DNA from: an uncultured Eubacteriales bacterium | GTDB lineage: Bacteria; Bacillota; Clostridia; Oscillospirales; CAG-272 | Direction: 5' to 3' | DNA length: 64,000 bases | Assembly: GCA_934503195.1 (NCBI GenBank) | Contig: CAKSVM010000003.1 | Coordinates: 10,267-74,266, forward strand | Part shown: positions 60,915-64,000 of the stretch, in pieces | How positions within the stretch are numbered: the stretch's first letter is position 1 | Layout of the letters: each line of letters starts with the position of its first letter | Notes under the pieces: model-generated | What the model was told of the DNA's origin: nothing | Seen by the model: the letters and a program-made list of their open reading frames with translations, nothing else | The model's database searches: none | Translations under genes and position numbers: made by a program

Positions 60915-61841
60915 ATGGGATACTACCGTGAATTTGTAAAATCGGGCGTCGATCTTTCGTCATTCGGACTTAACAAAAGCAATATAAAATCCGGATTTTT
61001 CTGCACTCCGCGCGGCGCGGCCATCATCGGGGATGGAAACCGCGGCGGAATTCACTACTGTTTCGTCCGTGAATTCGGCGAAAAGGTTTTCGCGGTAAGC
61101 CCCGAAAACGAGCCGGGTAACTACGTTCATATAATCGCGCGGAATTTCAAGGATTTTCTCAGACTCCTTCTTGCCGTCGGAAACGCCGACACGCTTGAGG
61201 CCGTCTGGCACGTGAGCCGCGAGGAATTCGACGGGCTTGTGAAACGCCCCGAGGAATTCGCGAAGATCTCGCTCCGTTCGATCGGGATCACACCGATGGA
61301 GATGCCCTATGAATATGTCAGAATCGTTCAGGAAGAATTCGACATCCGCAGAATAAAATATCAGGCCGGCTGTCCGCTCCCCGACTACGACGAAAAGAGC
61401 GTCGCGAACTGGCAGGTCTACTTCGGCCGCGGCTTCGGCGAGGCGGGCGGACGCTCAAAGCCCTGCCTTGAAACCCGGGTCGACAAGAGCTTCGATTTTC
61501 TCGGCGGGACGTGGCGGATCCTGTCGGTCTACGCCTGCGCCGGCGGAGTGATGCTCGATATGCTCGAACCGCTCACAAATGAAAAGCTCAGCTACTCGCC
61601 GTCGATCGTCGCAAACGGAAAAAGCCTCACGCCGAGCCGCGACGACAACGTCCGCCTTGAGGGAAGCCACAAGGATATCGGCGCGAAAAGCGCGTCCGAG
61701 CACTATCATATTCCCTACGGCTGCGGTCAGACCGTGCGCAGGTGGTGCTTCCCGTGGCCGAGACGCCGCCATCCCGATCTCCGCTCGATGACCGCGACCT
61801 TCAACGCCGGAGACGACTCGACAGTCATCGAAATCGTCTGA
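60915..61841 (+). CDS. Hypothetical cytoplasmic protein (N-terminal region faintly SUKH/SMI1-KNR4-like)
   Basis: Start at the ATG at 60915 (GAGGAG RBS). IHYCFVREFGEKVFAVSPENEPGNYVHIIARNFKDFLRLLLA resembles the C-terminal block of SMI1/KNR4-type domains; no other motif recognised. Confidence 0.5.
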   Translation: MGYYREFVKSGVDLSSFGLNKSNIKSGFFCTPRGAAIIGDGNRGGIHYCFVREFGEKVFAVSPENEPGNYVHIIARNFKDFLRLLLAVGNADTLEAVWHVSREEFDGLVKRPEEFAKISLRSIGITPMEMPYEYVRIVQEEFDIRRIKYQAGCPLPDYDEKSVANWQVYFGRGFGEAGGRSKPCLETRVDKSFDFLGGTWRILSVYACAGGVMLDMLEPLTNEKLSYSPSIVANGKSLTPSRDDNVRLEGSHKDIGAKSASEHYHIPYGCGQTVRRWCFPWPRRRHPDLRSMTATFNAGDDSTVIEIV

Positions 61842-61914
61842 GTCTGTGAAAAGCGTACAAACCCGGATGTCGGAAAAGCGTCGAAATTTGTCAGCGGAAA
61901 TTCGCGTTTTCCTC

Positions 61915-61943
61915 TTGACAAACCGGCGGACACGTGCTATAAT
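61915..61943 (+). promoter_or_regulatory. Promoter of the T-box leader
   Basis: TTGACA, 17 nt, TGcTATAAT. Confidence 0.7.
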
Positions 61944-61949
61944 ATAATC

Positions 61950-62245
61950 AGTATAAGACAAAACCGCTGAAGCGGAGATCAAACCGTCATGGACGCGATA
62001 CAGAGAGTGTTGATGCTGAGATAACACATGAAATGTCGGACGGCAAATGGACCGCCAAGGGCTTTGGGGAAAGGCTTTTTGCCGAGTATCCGGGACGTGA
62101 TTCTGCGTAAAGGAAAAGATATGTGAAGGCATATCGCAAAGTGTACGGCCTCATCACCGTAAAATAAGGTGGCACCGCAGGTTTATAACCTGTCCTTATG
62201 AATTTCCCTTTTCGGGATTATTCTGAAGGACAGGTTTTGTTTTAT
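61950..62245 (+). promoter_or_regulatory. T-box riboswitch leader, specifier read as UGG (Trp)
   Basis: AG-bay AGAGAG (62002-62007). Specifier loop CAAAUGGA between helices GACGG and CCGC (UGG at 62048-62050, followed by A). T-box core GGTGGCACCGC (62168-62178). Terminator stems at 62187-62197 and 62226-62236, plus a U-tract. Confidence 0.8.
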
Positions 62246-62304
62246 ACGCGCACTGCCGTTTGCACAGCGGCGGCGCGAAAATGAATGTGCGGAAAGGTAA
62301 AAAA

Positions 62305-63282
62305 ATGAAAACCATTAAACGTCTTATCTCCGTAATCCTCGTACTCGCCCTCGCCGCTCTCTCGGCACTCTCGATCGTCTCCTGCGGCGACTCCGGAAAA
62401 GTCAAGATCGCGATCGTCCAGCCGATGGATCACACTTCGCTCAATCAGATCCGCGACAAGATCATCTCGACACTCGAGGAACTCGGCTACACCTCCGACA
62501 AGGCCGTCATCATCCAGAAGAACGCCTCGAACGACGCTTCCCTCCTCCCCTCGATCTACGACAGCCTGATCTCGGACGGCGTTGACGTCATCATCCCGAT
62601 CGGAACCGGAACGGCTCAGGTCGCGGCCTCCAAGACGACTTCGATCCCGATCGTCTTCGCGGCGGTCTCGGATCCGGTCATGGCCGGACTCGTCGAATCG
62701 TTTGACAAGACCGACAAGAACATCACCGGCGTCTCCGATTACATCGCGGTCGAGGATATCTTCGGACTCGCAAAGGAACTCACCCCGGACGCAAAGACCT
62801 TCGGACTCGTCTACAACGCCAGCGAAATCAACTCGACCGTCAAGATTGAACGCGCCAAGGCTTACTGCGAAGCGAACGGACTCAAATATAAGGAAGCGAC
62901 CGTGACCTCCACCGCCGACATTCAGCAGGCCGTCGCCTCGATCGCGGCAGACGTCGACGCCTTCTTCACCCCCGACGACAACACGGTCGCGTCTGGCATG
63001 AACGTCTACGCCGGATTCCAGAAGGAATACAACGCGCCGATCTACTGCGGAGCCGACTCGATGGTAAAGGATGGCGGATTCGCGACCTACGGCATCGACT
63101 ATGACATCCTCGCGACTCAGGTAGCCCAGATGACCGACCGCATCCTCAAGGGCGGCAAGATTTCCGACAACCCCGTCGAGCAGGTCGCAAATCCCGCTAA
63201 GCTCATCAACAAGTCGGTCGCCGACGACCTCGGAATCAAGATCTCCGACTCGGTTCTCGCCACCTATACCGTAATCGGCTGA
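62305..63282 (+). CDS. ABC transporter substrate-binding lipoprotein (ABC_sub_bind / BMP-like family)
   Basis: Start at the ATG at 62305. Lipobox LSIVSC|GD. Periplasmic-binding fold blocks (KIAIVQPMDHTSLNQ, IIPIGTGTAQ, FTPDDNTVASG). Confidence 0.8.
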   Translation: MKTIKRLISVILVLALAALSALSIVSCGDSGKVKIAIVQPMDHTSLNQIRDKIISTLEELGYTSDKAVIIQKNASNDASLLPSIYDSLISDGVDVIIPIGTGTAQVAASKTTSIPIVFAAVSDPVMAGLVESFDKTDKNITGVSDYIAVEDIFGLAKELTPDAKTFGLVYNASEINSTVKIERAKAYCEANGLKYKEATVTSTADIQQAVASIAADVDAFFTPDDNTVASGMNVYAGFQKEYNAPIYCGADSMVKDGGFATYGIDYDILATQVAQMTDRILKGGKISDNPVEQVANPAKLINKSVADDLGIKISDSVLATYTVIG

Positions 63283-63359
63283 CAGAAAAAAACAACAAAA
63301 GGCAGACGCGGATCCGCGTCTGCCTTCAACCCATATTATTCTGAAAGGACATACGCATC

Positions 63360-64000
63360 ATGTCACACCTGATCTTCGGCGCGATACAGCTCGGACTGAT
63401 CTACGCCCTCATGGCGATGGGAAACTATGTCTCATTCCGGATCCTGAATATTCCCGACCTCACGGTCGACGGTTCGTTCGCGCTCGGAATGGCCGTCTCG
63501 GTAATGGTCTCGGCGACCGGACATTCCTTCCTCGCGCTGATTCTCGCGATAATCGCCGGAGCCGCCGCCGGAATCGTCACCGGACTTCTCCAGACAAAAG
63601 TCGGAATCAACCCGATCCTCGCCGGAATCCTCACGATGACCGCGCTCTATTCGGTCAACCTCTTCATCATGGGCGGAAAGGCGAATCAGTCGCTCTTCGA
63701 TAAGCCGACCATCTTCAAGACTGTCCGTAATCTCTTCCCCGAAGGCGCGCTCGCCGAGAATATCTCAAAAACGCTCGTCGTTCTCGTCGTCGTCGTGATC
63801 GTCGCGGCAATTCTCGCGGTCTTCTTCAAGACAAGAACCGGAATGGCGATCCGCGCCACCGGAGACAACGAGGAAATGGTCCGCGCGTCGTCGATCAACG
63901 CCGATTTCACGAAATGCGTCGGATTCGCGATCGCCAACGCCTGCATCGCGCTCGCGGGCGGAATCGTCTGCCAGTACAACCAGTCGGCCGACACCGGATA
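63360..64000 (+). CDS. ABC transporter permease (LivH/BPD_transp_2-like), 5' part; runs off the right edge
   Basis: Hand translation from the ATG at 63360: MSHLIFGAIQLGLIYALMAMGNYVSFRILNIPDLTVDGSFALG... Open to the window end, with multiple TM helices. Confidence 0.75.
   Translation, partial: MSHLIFGAIQLGLIYALMAMGNYVSFRILNIPDLTVDGSFALGMAVSVMVSATGHSFLALILAIIAGAAAGIVTGLLQTKVGINPILAGILTMTALYSVNLFIMGGKANQSLFDKPTIFKTVRNLFPEGALAENISKTLVVLVVVVIVAAILAVFFKTRTGMAIRATGDNEEMVRASSINADFTKCVGFAIANACIALAGGIVCQYNQSADTG

Noticed and set aside
63301-63324. The hairpin GGCAGACGCG-gatc-CGCGTCTGCC between the ABC binding-protein and permease genes, considered as a transcription terminator.
   Set aside because: No U-tract follows it (TTCAACCC), and the permease gene starts about 35 nt later without a promoter. 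It is more likely an intra-operon mRNA stabiliser or processing hairpin that sets SBP:permease stoichiometry.
1-64000. Mobile elements, prophage, integrative islands or defence systems (restriction-modification, toxin-antitoxin, CBASS-like and similar).
   Set aside because: No transposase, integrase, recombinase, phage structural, nuclease/helicase or methylase-nuclease gene pairs were recognised in any frame. The only tRNA-like sequence is a fragment. The accessory character of the window is metabolic and surface-related rather than mobile.

Overview
GC-rich (~55%) chromosomal segment with the hallmarks of a Gram-positive anaerobe of class Clostridia: IspH-S1 fusion, SLH domains, YfhO, a T-box leader, Cys-lipobox lipoproteins and near-consensus TTGACA-17-TGnTATAAT promoters. 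I call 45 protein-coding genes. I saw no rRNA, intact tRNA, CRISPR array, transposase, integrase or phage gene. Layout: (i) 0.3-8.3 kb holds housekeeping operons on the minus strand (rpiR-like, flavoprotein, cmk, plsC, ispH-S1; asd-purD). (ii) 8.5-35.6 kb, plus 39.3-40.8 and 59.1-60.5 kb, is a carbohydrate-type accessory region. It carries seven paralogous ~480-aa solute-binding-type lipoproteins, five cupin-AraC regulators and four glycoside-hydrolase-like genes, but no ABC permease or ATPase. (iii) 35.6-38.6 kb holds an apbE / NusG-domain-II / Gx-transporter operon and a TM-less SPFH gene. (iv) 38.6-39.3 kb is a 0.69-kb ORF-free gap. It appears to encode a strongly promoted, terminator-capped, highly structured ~320-nt RNA containing a perfect tRNA T-arm; this is my top candidate for something undescribed. 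(v) 42.7-44.9 kb is feoAB. (vi) 45.2-58.9 kb has a DUF2971 protein and a pseudo-receiver OmpR-type regulator, divergent from an 11.6-kb gene for a 3,877-aa SLH-anchored surface protein with an unusual internal beta-hairpin-like module. (vii) 61.9-64.0 kb has a T-box leader (specifier read as UGG, Trp) in front of an ABC uptake operon that runs off the window. A 16-bp palindrome, TGCAAC-N4-GTTGCA, recurs 11 times in four intergenic regions. All functional calls come from reading motifs in the supplied translations; no database search was run.
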